Part shown: positions 15,701 through 29,179 of the stretch, in pieces | Position numbering within the stretch: the first letter of the stretch is position 1 | How the letters are laid out: every line of letters begins with the position of its first letter | Source: Eledone cirrhosa | Taxonomy: Eukaryota | Direction of reading: 5' to 3' | DNA length: 64,000 nucleotides | NCBI GenBank assembly: GCA_964016885.1 | Contig: OZ024765.1 | Coordinates: 22,320,001 to 22,384,000, forward strand | Program-made: the position numbers and the translations under genes | The notes under the pieces: model-generated | What the model was told of the DNA's origin: nothing | Databases searched by the model: none | The model's input: the letters and a program-made list of their open reading frames with translations, nothing else

Positions 15701-18700
15701 GACCACATACAACACACAAGCAAGTAATACATACATCTAGGACCACATACAACACACAAGCAAGTAATACATACATCTAGGACCACATACAACACACAAG
15801 CAAGTAATACATACATCTAGGACCACATACAACACACAACCAGGTAATACATACATCTAGGACCACATACAACACACAACCAGGTAATACATACATCTAG
15901 GACCACATACAACACACAAACAGGTAATACATACATCTAGGACCACATACAACACACAAGCAAGTAATACATACATCTAGGACCACATACAACACACAAG
16001 AAGGTAATACATACATCTAGGACCACATACAACACACAAGCAAGTAAAACATACACCTAGGACCACATACAACACACAAGCATGTAATACATACATCTAG
16101 GACCACATACAACACACAAGCAGGTAATACATACATCTAGGACCACATACAACACACAAGCAAGTAATACATACATCTAGGACCACATACAGCACACAAG
16201 CAGGTAATACATACATCTAGGACCACATACAACACACAAGCAGGTAATACATACATCTAGGACCACATACAACACACATGCAGGTAATACACACATCTAG
16301 GACCACATACAACACATAATCAGGTAATACATACATCTAGGACCACATACAACACACAAGCAGGTAATACATACATCTAGGACCACATACAACACACAAG
16401 CAGGTAATACATACATCTAGGACCACATACAACACACAAGCATGTAATACATACATCTAGGACCACATACAACACACAAGCAAGTAAAACATACACCTAG
16501 GACCACATACAACACACAAGCATGTAATACATATATCTAGGACCACATATAACACACAAGCAGGTAATACATACATCTAGGACCACATACAACACATAAG
16601 CAGGTAATACATACATCTAGGACCACATACAACACACAAGCAAGTAATACATACATCTAGGACCACATACAACACATAAGCAGGTAATACATACATCTAG
16701 GACCACATACAACACACAAGCAAGTAATACATACATCTAGGACCACATATAACACACAAGCAGGTAATACATACATCTAGGACCACATACAACACACAAG
16801 CAAGTAATACATACATCTAGGACCACATACAACACACAAGCAAGTAATACATACATCTAGGACCACATACAACACACAAGCAAGTAATACATACATCTAG
16901 GACCACATACAACACACAACCAGGTAATACATACATCTAGGACCACATACAACACACAACCAGGTAATACATACATCTAGGACCACATACAACACACAAA
17001 CAGGTAATACATACATCTAGGACCACATACAACACACAAGCAAGTAATACATACATCTAGGACCACATACAACACACAAGAAGGTAATACATACATCTAG
17101 GACCACATACAACACACAAGCAAGTAAAACATACACCTAGGACCACATACAACACACAAGCATGTAATACATACATCTAGGACCACATACAACACACAAA
17201 CAGGTAATACATACATCTAGGACCACATACAACACACAAGCAAGTAATACATACATCTAGGACCACATACAGCACACAAGCAGGTAATACATACATCTAG
17301 GACCACATACAACACACAAGCAGGTAATACATACATCTAGGACCACATACAACACACATGCAGGTAATACACACATCTAGGACCACATACAACACATAAT
17401 CAGGTAATACATACATCTAGGACCACATACAACACACAAGCAGGTAATACATACATCTAGGACCACATACAACACACAAGCATGTAATACATACATCTAG
17501 GACCACATACAACACGCTAGCAGGTAATACATACATCTAGGACCACATACAACACGCTAGCAGGTAATACATACATCTAGGACCACATACAACACACAAG
17601 CAGGTAATACATACATCTAGGACCACATACAACACACAAGCAGGTAATACATACATCTAGGACCACATACAACACACAAGCAGGTAATATATACATCTAG
17701 GACCACATACAACACACAAGCATGTAATACATACATCTAGGACCACATACAACACACAAGCATGTAATACATACATCTAGGACCACATACAACACGCTAG
17801 TAGGTAATACATACATCTAGGACCACATACAACACGCTAGCAGGTAATACATACATCTAGGACCACATACAACACACAAGCAGGTAATACATACATCTAG
17901 GACCACATACAACACACAAGCAGGTAAAACATACATCTAGGACCACATACAACACACAAGCAGGTAATACATACATCTAGGACCACATACAACACACAAG
18001 CAGGTAATACATACATCTAGGACCACATACAACACACAAGCATGTAATACATACATCTAGGACCACATACAACACGCTAGCAGGTAATACATACATCTAG
18101 GACCACATACAACACACAAGCAGGTAATACATACATCTAGGACCACATACAACACACAAGCAGGTAATACATACATCTAGGACCACATACAACACACAAG
18201 CATGTAATACATACATCTAGGCCCACATACAACACACAAGCAGGTAATACATACATCTAGGACCACATACAACACACAAGCAGGTAATACATACATCTAG
18301 GACCACATACAACACACAAGCAGGTAATACATACATCTAGGACCACATACAACACACAAGCAGGTAATATATACATCTAGGACCACATACAACACACAAG
18401 CAGGTAATACATACATCTAGGACCACATACAACACACAAGCAGGTAATATATACATCTAGGACCACATACAACACACAAGCATGTAATACATACATCTAG
18501 GACCACATACAACACACAAGCAGGTAATATATAAGTCTAGGACCACATACAACACACAAGCAGGTAATACATAATCTAGGACCACATACAACACACAAGC
18601 AGGTAATACATACATCTAGGACCACATACAACACACAAGCAGGTAATACATACATCTAGGACCACATACAACACACAAGCAGGTAATACATACATCTAGG

Positions 18701-20395
18701 TCCACATACAACACACAAGCAGGTAATATATACATCTAGGACCACATACAACACACAAGCAGGTAATACATACATCTAGGACCACATACAACACACAAGC
18801 AGGTAATACATACATCTAGGACCACATACAACACACAAGCAGGTAATACATACATCTAGGACCACATACAACACACAAGCAGGAAATATATACATCTAGG
18901 ACCACATACAACACACAAGCAGGTAATACATACATCTAGGACCACATACAACACACAAGCAGGTAATATATACATCTAGGACCACATACAACACACAAGC
19001 AGGTAATATATACATCTAGGACCACATACAACACACAAGCAGGTAATACATACATCTAGGACCACATACAACACACAAGCAGGTAATACATACATCTAGG
19101 ACCACATACAACACACAAGCAGGTAATACATACATCTAGGACCACATACAACACACAAGCAGGTAATACATACATCTAGGACCACATACAACACACAAGC
19201 ACGTAATACATACATCTAGGACCACATACAGCACACAAGCAGGTAATACATACATCTAGGACCACATACAACACACAAGCAGGTAATACATACATCTAGG
19301 ACCACATACAACACACAAGCAGGTAATACATACATCTAGGACCACATACAACACACAAGCAGGTAATACATACATCTAGGACCACATACAACACACAAGC
19401 AGGTAATACATACATCTAGGACCACATACAACACACAAGCAGGTAATATATACATCTAGGACCACATACAACACACAAGCAGGTAATACATACATCTAGG
19501 ACCACATACAACACACAAGCAGGTAATACATACATCTAGGACCACATACAACACACAAGCAGGTAATACATACATCTAGGACCACATACAACACAAAAGC
19601 AGGTAATATATACATCTAGGACCACATACAACACACAAGCAGGTAATACATACATCTAGGACCACATACAACACACAAGCAGGTAATACATACATCTAGG
19701 ACCACATACAACACACAAGCAGGTAATACATACATCTAGGACCACATACAACACACAAGCAGGTAATACACACATCTAGGAGCACATACAACACACAAGA
19801 AGGTAATACATACATCTAGGACCACATACAACACACAAGCAGGTAATACATACATCTAGGACCACATACAACACACAAGCAAGTAATACATACATCTAGG
19901 ACCACATACAACACACAAGCAGGTAATACACACATCTAGGACCACATAAAACACACAAGAAGGTAATACATACATCTAGGACCACATACAACACACAAGC
20001 AGGTAATACATACATCTAGGACCACATACAACACACAAGCAAGTAATACATACATCTAGGACCACATACAAGACACAAGCAGGTAATACATACATCTAGG
20101 ACCACATACAAGACACAAGCAGGTAATACATACATCTAGGACCACATACAACACACAAGCAGGTAATACATACATCTAGGACCACATACAACACACAAGC
20201 AAGTAATACACACATCTAGGACCACATACAACACACAAGAAGGTAATACACACATCTAGGACCACATACAACACACAAGCAGGTAATACATACATCTAGG
20301 ACCACATACAACACACAAGCAGGTAATACATACATCTAGGACCACATACAACACACAAGAAGGTAATACACACATCTAGGACCACATACAAGACA
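12789..20395. repeat. 40-bp satellite (gaccacatacaacacacaagcaggtaatacatacatctag), about 190 copies
   Basis: Direct tandem repetition with a strict 40-bp period. Confidence 0.98.
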
Positions 20396-20511
20396 AGGCA
20401 GGCGAAATGGTTGGACAAACGAGCCGCTACCAGAACAAAAGATAACAATATCGCGCGGAGCAAAGGGAAACCACTGTATTAATTATTTAGGAAAGCCAGC
20501 ACACTGACAGC

Positions 20512-20990
20512 GTTACCTCTAGTGATGGCGTGGCTGATACCCTGGAACAACCAAGCACCCTCACCAGGAGCATCACCAGTTACCTCGGGTGATGGCGTGG
20601 CTGATACCCTGGAACAACCAAGCACCCTCACCAGGAGCATCACCAGTTACCTCGGGTGATGGCGAGGCTGAGGTGCTGGACCAGCCAAGTGCCCTCACCA
20701 GGAGCATCACCAGTTACCTCGGGTGATGGCGAGGCTGAGGTGCTGGACCAGCCAAGTGCCCTCACCAGGATCATCACCAGTTACCTCGGGTGATGGCGAG
20801 GCTGAGGTGCCGGACCAGCCAAGTGCCCTCACCAGGATCATCACCAGTTACCTCGGGTGATGGCGAGGCTGAGGTGCTGGACCAGCCAAGTGCCCTCACC
20901 AGGATCATCACCAGTTACCTCGGGTGATGGCGAGGCTGAGGTGCTGGACCAGCCAAGTGCCCTCACCATGATCATCACCAGATACCTCGG
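20512..20990. repeat. 67-bp GC-rich minisatellite, about 7 copies, subterminal to the TIR element
   Basis: Unit gttacctcgggtgatggcgaggctgaggtgctggaccagccaagtgccctcaccagga(g/t)catcacca. Confidence 0.95.
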
Positions 20991-21071
20991 TTAGGCGAGC
21001 CGCCTGTGAAGATAAGAACCTCGCAGTTAGCGGCCCGACTCCCCGCAAAAGTCTCGAACGTCACAAGCTGG

Positions 21072-23068
21072 ACGAAATATGGCAATGAAAGGGGTTAAAA
21101 CTATTCCACATCACAAAACAAGCACACCTCAAATCCCAGGCAGTGTATTTCGTACGAAATATAGCAACGAAAGGGGTTAAAACTATTCCACATCACAAAA
21201 CAAACACACCCCAAATCCCAGGCAGTGTATTTCGTACGAAATATAGCAACGAAAGAAGTTAAAACTATTCCACATCACAAAACAAACACACCCCAAATCC
21301 CAGGCAGTGTTTTTCGTACGAAATATGGCAACGAAAGGGGTTAAAACTATTCCACATCACAAAACAAACACACCCCAAATCCCAGGCAGTGTATTTCGTA
21401 CGAAATATAGCAACGAAAGGGGTTAAAACTATTCCACATCACAAAACAAACACACCCAAAATCCCATGCAGTGTATTTCGTACGAAATATAGCAACGAAA
21501 GGGGTTAAAACTATTCCACATCACAAAACATACACACCCCAAATCCCAGGCAGTGTATTTCGTACGAAATATAGCAACGAAAGGGGTTAAAACTATTCCA
21601 CATCACAAAACAAACACACCCCAAATCCCAGGCAGTGTATTTCGTACGAAATATGGCAACGAAAGGGGTTAAAACTATTCCACATCACAAAACAAACACA
21701 CCCAAAATCCCAGGCAGTGTATTTCGTACGAAATATAGCAACGAAAGGGGTTAAAACTATTCCACATCACAAAACAAACACACCCAAAATCCCAGGCAGT
21801 GTATTTCGTACGAAATATAGCAACGAAAGGGGTTAAAACTATTCCACATCACAAAACAAACACACCCAAAATCCCAGGCAGTGTATTTCGTACGAAATAT
21901 AGCAACGAAAGGGGTTAAAACTATTCCACATCACAAAACAAACACACCCCAAATCCCAGGCAGTGTATTTCGTACGAAATATAGCAACGAAAGGGGTTAA
22001 AACTATTCCACATCACAAAACAAACACACCCCAAATCCCAGGCAGTGTATTTCGTACGAAATATAGCAACGAAAGGGGTTAAAACTATTCCACATCACAA
22101 AACAAACACACCCAAAATCCCAGGCAGTGTATTTCGTACGAAATATAGCAACGAAAGGGGTTAAAACTATTCCACATCACAAAACAAACACACCCAAAAT
22201 CCCAGGCAGTGTATTTCGTACGAAATATAGCAACGAAAGGGGTTAAAACTATTCCACATCACAAAACAAACACACCCCAAATCCCAGGCAGTGTATTTCG
22301 TACGAAATATAGCAACGAAAGGGGTTAAAACTATTCCACATCACAAAACAAACACACCCAAAATCCCAGGCAGTGTATTTCGTACGAAATATAGCAACGA
22401 AAGGGGTTAAAACTATTCCACATCACAAAACAAACACACCCCAAATCCCAGGCAGTGTATTTCGTACGAAATATAGCAACGAAAGGGGTTAAAACTATTC
22501 CACATCACAAAACATACACACCCCAAATCCCAGGCAGTGTATTTCGTACGAAATATAGCAACGAAAGGGGTTAAAACTATTCCACATCACAAAACATACA
22601 CACCCCAAATCCCAGGCAGTGTATTTCGTACGAAATATAGCAACGAAAGGGGTTAAAACTATTCCACATCACAAAACAAACACACCCCAAATCCCAGGCA
22701 GTGTATTTCGTACGAAATATAGCAACGAAAGGGGTTAAAACTATTCCACATCACAAAACAAACACACCCCAAATCCCAGGCAGTGTATTTCGTACGAAAT
22801 ATAGCAACGAAAGGGGTTAAAACTATTCCACATCACAAAACAAACACACCCCAAATCCCAGGCAGTGTATTTCGTACGAAATATGGCAACGAAAGGGGTT
22901 AAAACTATTCCACATCACAAAACAAACACACCCCAAATCCCAGGCAGTGTATTTCGTACGAAATATAGCAACGAAAGGGGTTAAAACTATTCCACATCAC
23001 AAAACAAACACACCCCAAATCCCAGGCAGTGTATTTCGTACGAAATATGGCAACGAAAGAAGTTAAAA
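21072..23068. repeat. 82-bp satellite, about 24 copies, containing the 16-bp palindrome TATTTCGTACGAAATA
   Basis: Period of 82 (acgaaat at 21072, 21154 and 21236). Confidence 0.97.
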
Positions 23069-23384
23069 GTATTTGTCTTTCGGTGTAGTCTAAATACTTT
23101 AATTCGGTGAATCAGCGAATTAAAGTTGAAAGGTGGTGTGAGCCGGAAGGGCAGTCGTGGTATGAAGTAGTTTACAAAAGCCAGATGTAGGTGGCGGCAC
23201 CCACATTCATTAATGGAGATCTAGGTCTCTTTCTCTCTTTAACACTAAAAGTTGGATTATTGTTGCAAAGATGGACACCGCCCAATAAATGTTTATACAA
23301 TGGAAGGAAAATCAATTTTAGTCATTTTAGTCTCTTTTGTAAATAAACAGCATACAAATGGTTTCCGCTGTGTGTGTGTGTGTG

Positions 23385-23492
<108 letters not shown>

Positions 23493-23697
23493 AACGGGTA
23501 GGACCCCGACGGCTGAGCTCAAGCCGTTTCGACGGCTAATTCTGGACTAAATGAAAATTTAGTCCAGAATTAGCCGTCGAAACGGCTTGAGCTCAGCCGT
23601 CGGGGTCCTACTCGTTCCTATTACCCACTCTACTACCCTAAGTATTGAGTACTTTGGTGCGTTATGGTCCACCTGGTTCCTTACCACATTTCCTCCG

Positions 23698-23741
<44 letters not shown>

Positions 23742-23927
23742 CGAAGGAAATGTGGTAAGGAACCAGATGGACCATAACGCACCAGAGTACTCAATACTTA
23801 AGGTAGTAGAATGGGAAATAGGGAAAAGTATGGCCCCGACAGCAGAGCTGAAGCCGTTTCGACGGTTATTTCTGAGTCCAGAAATAACCGTCGAAACGGC
23901 TTCAGCTCTGCCATCGGGGGTCATACT

Positions 23928-24059
<132 letters not shown>

Positions 24060-24472
24060 ATAAGGGTAAATTAGAGAACATAGAAATAAAAATAGAATCT
24101 ACACACAGAAAAGACGCAATGCTTAGACAAATCACAGAGGCAATAAACATAAATGAATTACAACCAAAATTAAAAACCACAGACCCTCCATCTCAACTCA
24201 CCTTTTGAAAAGCAGAAGAACTGCGAAACCGGTAAAGGAACCAAATAAATATATATATTTTTTTAAATAAGACTCCAGTTGCATTTTCGATTTCATTTTT
24301 TTTTCTTTATACTTTCACTCGTGTAGGACACCTCGGTTATTTTTCGTTTTGTAAAAAAACCTCACTTTCTAATATATATATATATATATAATGGAAAAAT
24401 TTGAACAGGGACAAAACAGAGAGGCAGTACAACGAATGTTTATTAATTTCACGCTCTGGAGAGTGGGGTGTT

Positions 24473-24537
<65 letters not shown>

Positions 24538-24735
24538 AGAACAAAAGATGGTTAAAAGAGTTCCATGTATTTTATTATGCGCATTTCAAAAACAAACATC
24601 ATCATGCAATAATATTTGTGTTTTCATCAGATAAAACAGGAAGACATGATATGAAGGTTAAAAAATACTTGTGGATAGTGCCGTTTTAAATCAACATATG
24701 AAAAGTAGTTTTTTAACCTTCATATCATGTCTTCC

Positions 24736-24806
24736 TGTTTTATCTGATGAAAACACAAATATTATTGCATGATGATGTTTGTTTTTGAAATGCGCATAAT
24801 AAAATA
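24736..24806 (+). ncRNA. Minimal type-I hammerhead ribozyme motif (inverted copy at 24568..24638 on - strand)
   Basis: tgttttat-CTGATGA-[long stem II aaacacaaatattatt...gatgatgtttgttttt]-GAAA-T-GCGC-A-TA-ataaaata. Intact core, 8-bp stem I, palindromic loop III, AUA cleavage triplet. Confidence 0.75.
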
Positions 24807-24929
24807 CATGGAACTCTTTTAACCATCTTTTGATCTTATATATTATGTATACTCCAGTCCTACAAACTGTAGAGTGCTTCTTATCCGATATCTGCATTGC
24901 TTTATTGTACTTCAATAAAACTCACCTCC

Positions 24930-24980
<51 letters not shown>

Positions 24981-25095
24981 GGAACGACGTCGAAGGACCG
25001 TGACGAGTGGAGAGATGTTGTGCTGAAGAGGACCCGTCCCACCCTTGCCAATATATATACATGTATTTACACATACAGGTGCTGCTGAGAAGGAC

Positions 25096-25162
25096 ATGAA
25101 AGGGTTAACGGTGAGGTTCCTAGTTCTAATGGTATTATGTATCTTCCCTACATATGTTAAAG
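25096..25162 (+). CDS. PTGS-like: Cyclooxygenase-like gene, coding exon 1 (signal peptide MKGLTVRFLVLMVLCIFPTYVK)
   Basis: ATG at 25096, basic residue followed by a hydrophobic stretch. Ends AAG|GTAAGT, a phase-1 donor that joins in frame to the EGF exon. An acceptor (acatacag|) also lies at 25078. Confidence 0.75.
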
Positions 25163-25252
25163 GTAAGTAACTCTCTCACCTCTCTTTACCTCACTTCACG
25201 CCAATCTCCGAGTCACCAAATCTATCTCGTAAAATATTATTACTGCGTGGCA

Positions 25253-25603
25253 TTGGCAGAATCGGTAGAGTGTCGGACACCCTGTTTCGCAGCATAGAGT
25301 TGCGTCCCTTTATGTTCTCCCGCCGAGGTTAACTTTGCCTTTCATCCTTATAGGGTCGATAAAATAAAGTACCAGTAATGCACTGGTTAATTGCTGGCCT
25401 TGTGCCTAAAGTAGAAACAATTATTATTATTATTAGAGAGTCGGACGCCATGCTTTCCAGCATAGAGTTACGTCCCTTTATGTTCTGAGTTCAAATCCCG
25501 CCGAGGTTAACTTTGCCTTTCATCCTTATAGGGTCCATAAAATAAAGTACCAGTAATGCACTGGGTAATTGTTGACCTTGTGCCAAAAGTAGAAACAATT
25601 ATT
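25253..25603 (+). mobile_element. tRNA-derived SINE family 2 (Nin-domain-like core), tandem copies; others at about 6678-6862, 8640-8830(-), 8874-9045, 27544-28070, 29323-29682 and 50262-50450(-)
   Basis: A-box-like tggcagaatcggtaga, B-box gagttcaaatccc, conserved core gcctttcatccttacggggtcgataaaataaagtacc, and (ATT)n tail. Confidence 0.85.
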
Positions 25604-25609
25604 ACGTGT

Positions 25610-26245
25610 TGGACTTAGGACAATAATGTCGTGGGTTTGATTCCTGGGCTGTGTGTTGTGTTCTTGAGCAAAACACTTCACTTCACGTTGCTCCAGTATA
25701 CTCAGCTGAAAATGAATACCAGCAATAGCTGGGGGTTTAACCCTGCGATGGAGTGGTGTCTTGCCCAGGGGGGAGTCTTGTACTCTCAGTCACTTAACCC
25801 TGCGATGGAGTGGTGTCCTGTCCAGAGGGGAGTCTTCTACTCTCAGTCACTTAACCCTGTGATGGACTGGTGTCCTGTCCAGAGGGGAGTCTTGTACTCT
25901 CAGTCACTTAACCCTGTGATGGACTGGTGTCCTGTCCAGAGGGGAGTCTTGTACTCTCAGTCACTTAATCTTGTGATGGACTGGTGTCCTGCCCAGAGGG
26001 GAGTCTTGTACTCTCAGTCACTTAACCCTGTGATGGACTGGTGTCCTGTCCAGAGGGGAGTCTTGTACTCTCAGTCACTTAACCCTGTGATGGACTGGTG
26101 TCCTGTCCAGGGGGGAGTCTTGTACTCTCAGTCACTTAACCCTGTGATGGACTGGTGTCCTGCCCAGAGGGGAGTCTTGTACTCTCAGTCACTTCATGCC
26201 ATAAAACTGGGATAAACACCGGCCAAATGAGCCTTCAATGGCTTA
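25610..26245 (+). mobile_element. SINE whose body has been amplified into a 57-bp tandem repeat (about 8 copies, 25738-26194)
   Basis: B-box-like gggtttgattcc and cttgagcaaaacacttcac core, then the repeated aaccctgtgatggactggtgtcctgtccagaggggagtcttgtactctcagtcactt. Confidence 0.75.
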
Positions 26246-26289
26246 AGACAGACTTTAGTCTTATATGTAGGCCCTTGTGGCCAATAAAG

Positions 26290-26640
26290 AAATTATTATT
26301 GTTGTTGGCCGTTTTATCTGTCCTGCGGTCATGGCGAAAGAGGTTGTATGGTGGACATGCTTGAAATGTTTGAAGACGACCACTTTCCTTTTTGGAGAAG
26401 CCCTGATTAACTTCTTCAGGTTTCACTTGAGGAGGAAAATAAAGGTAGAGAGTGAAGTGCTGCCTTCAAAGGTGGGTGAAAGAGAAGAGCATGGCCCGAG
26501 TTAATGGGTTCACTCTGAGTGTAAGCCTGTAGATTGGAAGAGTACAATTGGGACAGGGCACTTACCCTAAAGATCAGAGCATTCATGGTTTTATGGGGTT
26601 TTTCCACGAATGACCCTCAAACGTGTCTTCCCTATTGAGG
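26290..26640 (+). mobile_element. Degenerate LINE 3' fragment (possibly L1/Tx1 type); related piece at about 6985-7235
   Basis: AKEVVWW...LINFFRFHLRRKIKVE reading, and a 3' UTR shared with 7000-7100. Confidence 0.45.
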
Positions 26641-26704
26641 AACCTTCTTTTTTTTAATGTTGTTATCTTTTTTTTAACTTTGTTAAAATTTCTTTACACG
26701 CAAA

Positions 26705-27455
26705 ACCCACACACCAACACACACACACACCACTTCACACATACACACCAACACAAACATACCCACCACCACACACCCCAACACACACACTCCAACACAC
26801 ACACCAACATACACACCAACACAAACATACCCACCACCACACACCCCAACATACACACCAACACAAACATACCCACCACCACACACCCCAACATACACAC
26901 CAACACAAACATACCCACCACCACACACCCCAACACACACCCCAACATACACACCAACACAAACATACCCACCACCACACACCCCAACACACACCCCAAC
27001 ATACACACCAACACAAACATACCCACCACCGCACACCCCAACATACACACCAACACAAACATACCCACCACCACACACCCCAACATACACACCAACACAA
27101 ACATACCCACCACCACACACCCCAACACACACCCCAACATACACACCAACACAAACATACCCACCACCACACACCCCAACACACACACCAACATACACAC
27201 CAACACAAACATACCCACCACCACACACCCCAACACACACCCCAACATACACACCAACACAAACATACCCACCACCGCACACCCCAACATACACACCAAC
27301 ACAAACATACCCACCACCACACACCCCAACACACACCCCAACATACACACCAACACAAACATACCCACCACCACACACCCCAACACACACCCCAACATAC
27401 ACACCAACACAAACATACCCACCACCACACACCCCAACACACACACCAACACACT
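26705..27455. repeat. CA-rich 39/51-bp minisatellite
   Basis: Repeated ccaacatacacaccaacacaaacatacccaccaccacacacc. Confidence 0.92.
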
Positions 27456-28071
27456 CGATGTTTTCGTCCTGTACTGTCAGAATATTTTTTTTTCTTGGTG
27501 TGGACCCTGTGTGGTTAATAAAGAAATCATTATCATTATTATAGATTGGCAGTATTGGGAGAGGGTCGGACGCCATGCTTTGACGCATAGAGTTACGGTG
27601 TTTGCCATTCTGAGTTCAAATCCCGCCGAGGTTAACTTTGCCTTTCATCCTTACGGGGTCGATAAAATAAAGTACCAGTAATGCACTGGGTAATTGCTGG
27701 CCTTGTGCCAAAAGTAGAAACAATTATTATTACTAGCAGAAGGGCGGTGGATTGGCAGAATCGGTAGTGCGCGGACACCATGCTTTGCAGCATAGAGTTA
27801 CGGTCCTTTACGGTCTGAGTTCAAATCCCGCCGAGATTAACTTTGCCGTTCATCCTTACGGAGTCGATAAAATAAAGTACCAGTACCGTACTGGGGTCGA
27901 TTTAATCGACTTTCCCCTCCGCCCAAATTGCTGGCTTTGTGCCTATACTAGAAATCATTATTGCCGAGGTTAACTTTGCCTTTCATCCTTACGGGGTCGA
28001 TAAAATAAAGTACCAGTAATGTACTGGGATAATTGCTGGCCTTGTGCCTAAAGTAGAAAAAATTATTATTG

Positions 28072-29165
28072 CTAGCAGAAAATCACCCTTCGACCCTTCT
28101 GGTGGTTTTCTGCTAGTATGTGTAGTGTGTATATAGATATTATACACAAATATATATACATGCAGATATCTATCTATCTATCTAAGGCGGGTAAAATTCC
28201 CGAGATCCAGGGACGAGTTCTCTCCAGCGGTCTCTGTCCCTCATTATCGCTGCCATATCCTGCATCTCCAACAGACCAGTGTCTGTCCTTAGGGCATCAA
28301 CATATGTTAACCTTGGTCTTCCTCTTCTAGTGTGTCCATGTAGGGGCTCCCAAAGGAGTACTGAGTGCAATGTCAACTCTGGATGTCGGTGAGCATGTCC
28401 AGCCAACCTCAGTCTCCTCTGTGTCACTTTTGAGCTGACTTTTGGGATGCTCGCATACAGCCTACTAATGTAGGCGGGAAGCCGCTGGAATTGGTTGAGG
28501 ACTTCCTGTATTTGGGAGCAAAGATTGGGAATACGGAGGATGATGTGGTTGAGAGGAAGAGCAAGGCCTGGGCGGCGTGTCACAGCTTGAGATCGGTGTG
28601 GAAGTCGGACCTTCGTAGAGACCTGAAAATCCGCCTCTTCATTGCTGTAGTGGAGTCTGTGCTGCTGTATGGGTCTGGGACTTGGACATGTAGATATGAT
28701 AAGTCAAATAACATTGTAATTGACAATATACACAGAAATTGAAGAGAGACTGTGTTACACTGTCTTCTGTAATCAGTAAAGTAATCCATGATACATTAAA
28801 AAAAGACGATATTATATATAAACTGTATTACGGTGAAATGTTATGAAAACGAAAAAGGAGAAAATTAGCGACAGAAATATAAATGTTATGATATAACGAT
28901 GCAAATATATGAATGTTTATATAAGTGATGTGATATAACGTCCATTATATCATAACCGGAAGTATTGACATTTGAACATTTTAAAAGAAGTGAATCTTAA
29001 AATAATCAATAAAATTATTTCTATTTAATCAAGAGTTACGAAATTTAGTAGATAAATTATGTAATATTCATTCATTATTTATTCAAAGTAATTTAACTTA
29101 TTTTACTAACGGGATAAAAAAAATACATTCATGACACAGCCCCGCACTCCTCCCTTTATTATACT
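28072..29165 (-). mobile_element. Non-autonomous Helitron-like element, copy 2, interrupted by an RTE insertion
   Basis: CTAG end with hairpin ctagcagaaaatcacc...ggtggttttctgctag. Colinear with 891..1339 on both sides of the 28170-28685 insert. Confidence 0.65.
28170..28685 (-). mobile_element. RTE-like LINE family B insertion with inverted 5' segment and 12-bp TSD
   Basis: The 3' end lies on the - strand with a (TAGA)n tail. An RT C-terminal piece lies on the + strand (VEDFLYLGAKI...VESVLLYGSGTW). TSD acatgcagatat (28158-28169) and acatgtagatat (28686-28697). Confidence 0.85.
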
Positions 29166-29179
29166 ATTGTTATTTCTAG

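Larger units (their letters stand above)
12698..21065. mobile_element. Non-autonomous TIR DNA transposon (Ginger-like TGT...ACA ends) filled with satellites
   Basis: Imperfect inverted repeats of about 90 bp at 12698-12788 and 20974-21065. Termini are TGT and ACA. Flanked by agcc and agct (4-bp TSD with one mismatch). No transposase ORF. Confidence 0.65.

Noticed and set aside
12789-23068. CRISPR-like appearance of regular 40, 67 and 82-bp repeats with palindromes
   Set aside because: Units are head-to-tail with no unique spacers, there are no cas genes, and the context is eukaryotic.
29131-29179. Signal peptide encoded directly upstream of the EGF exon (ORF MTQPRTPPFIILLLFLANT...)
   Set aside because: This stretch is Helitron-homologous sequence plus the acceptor tract. 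The exon at 25096 gives a phase-compatible signal peptide. It cannot be fully excluded without RNA data.
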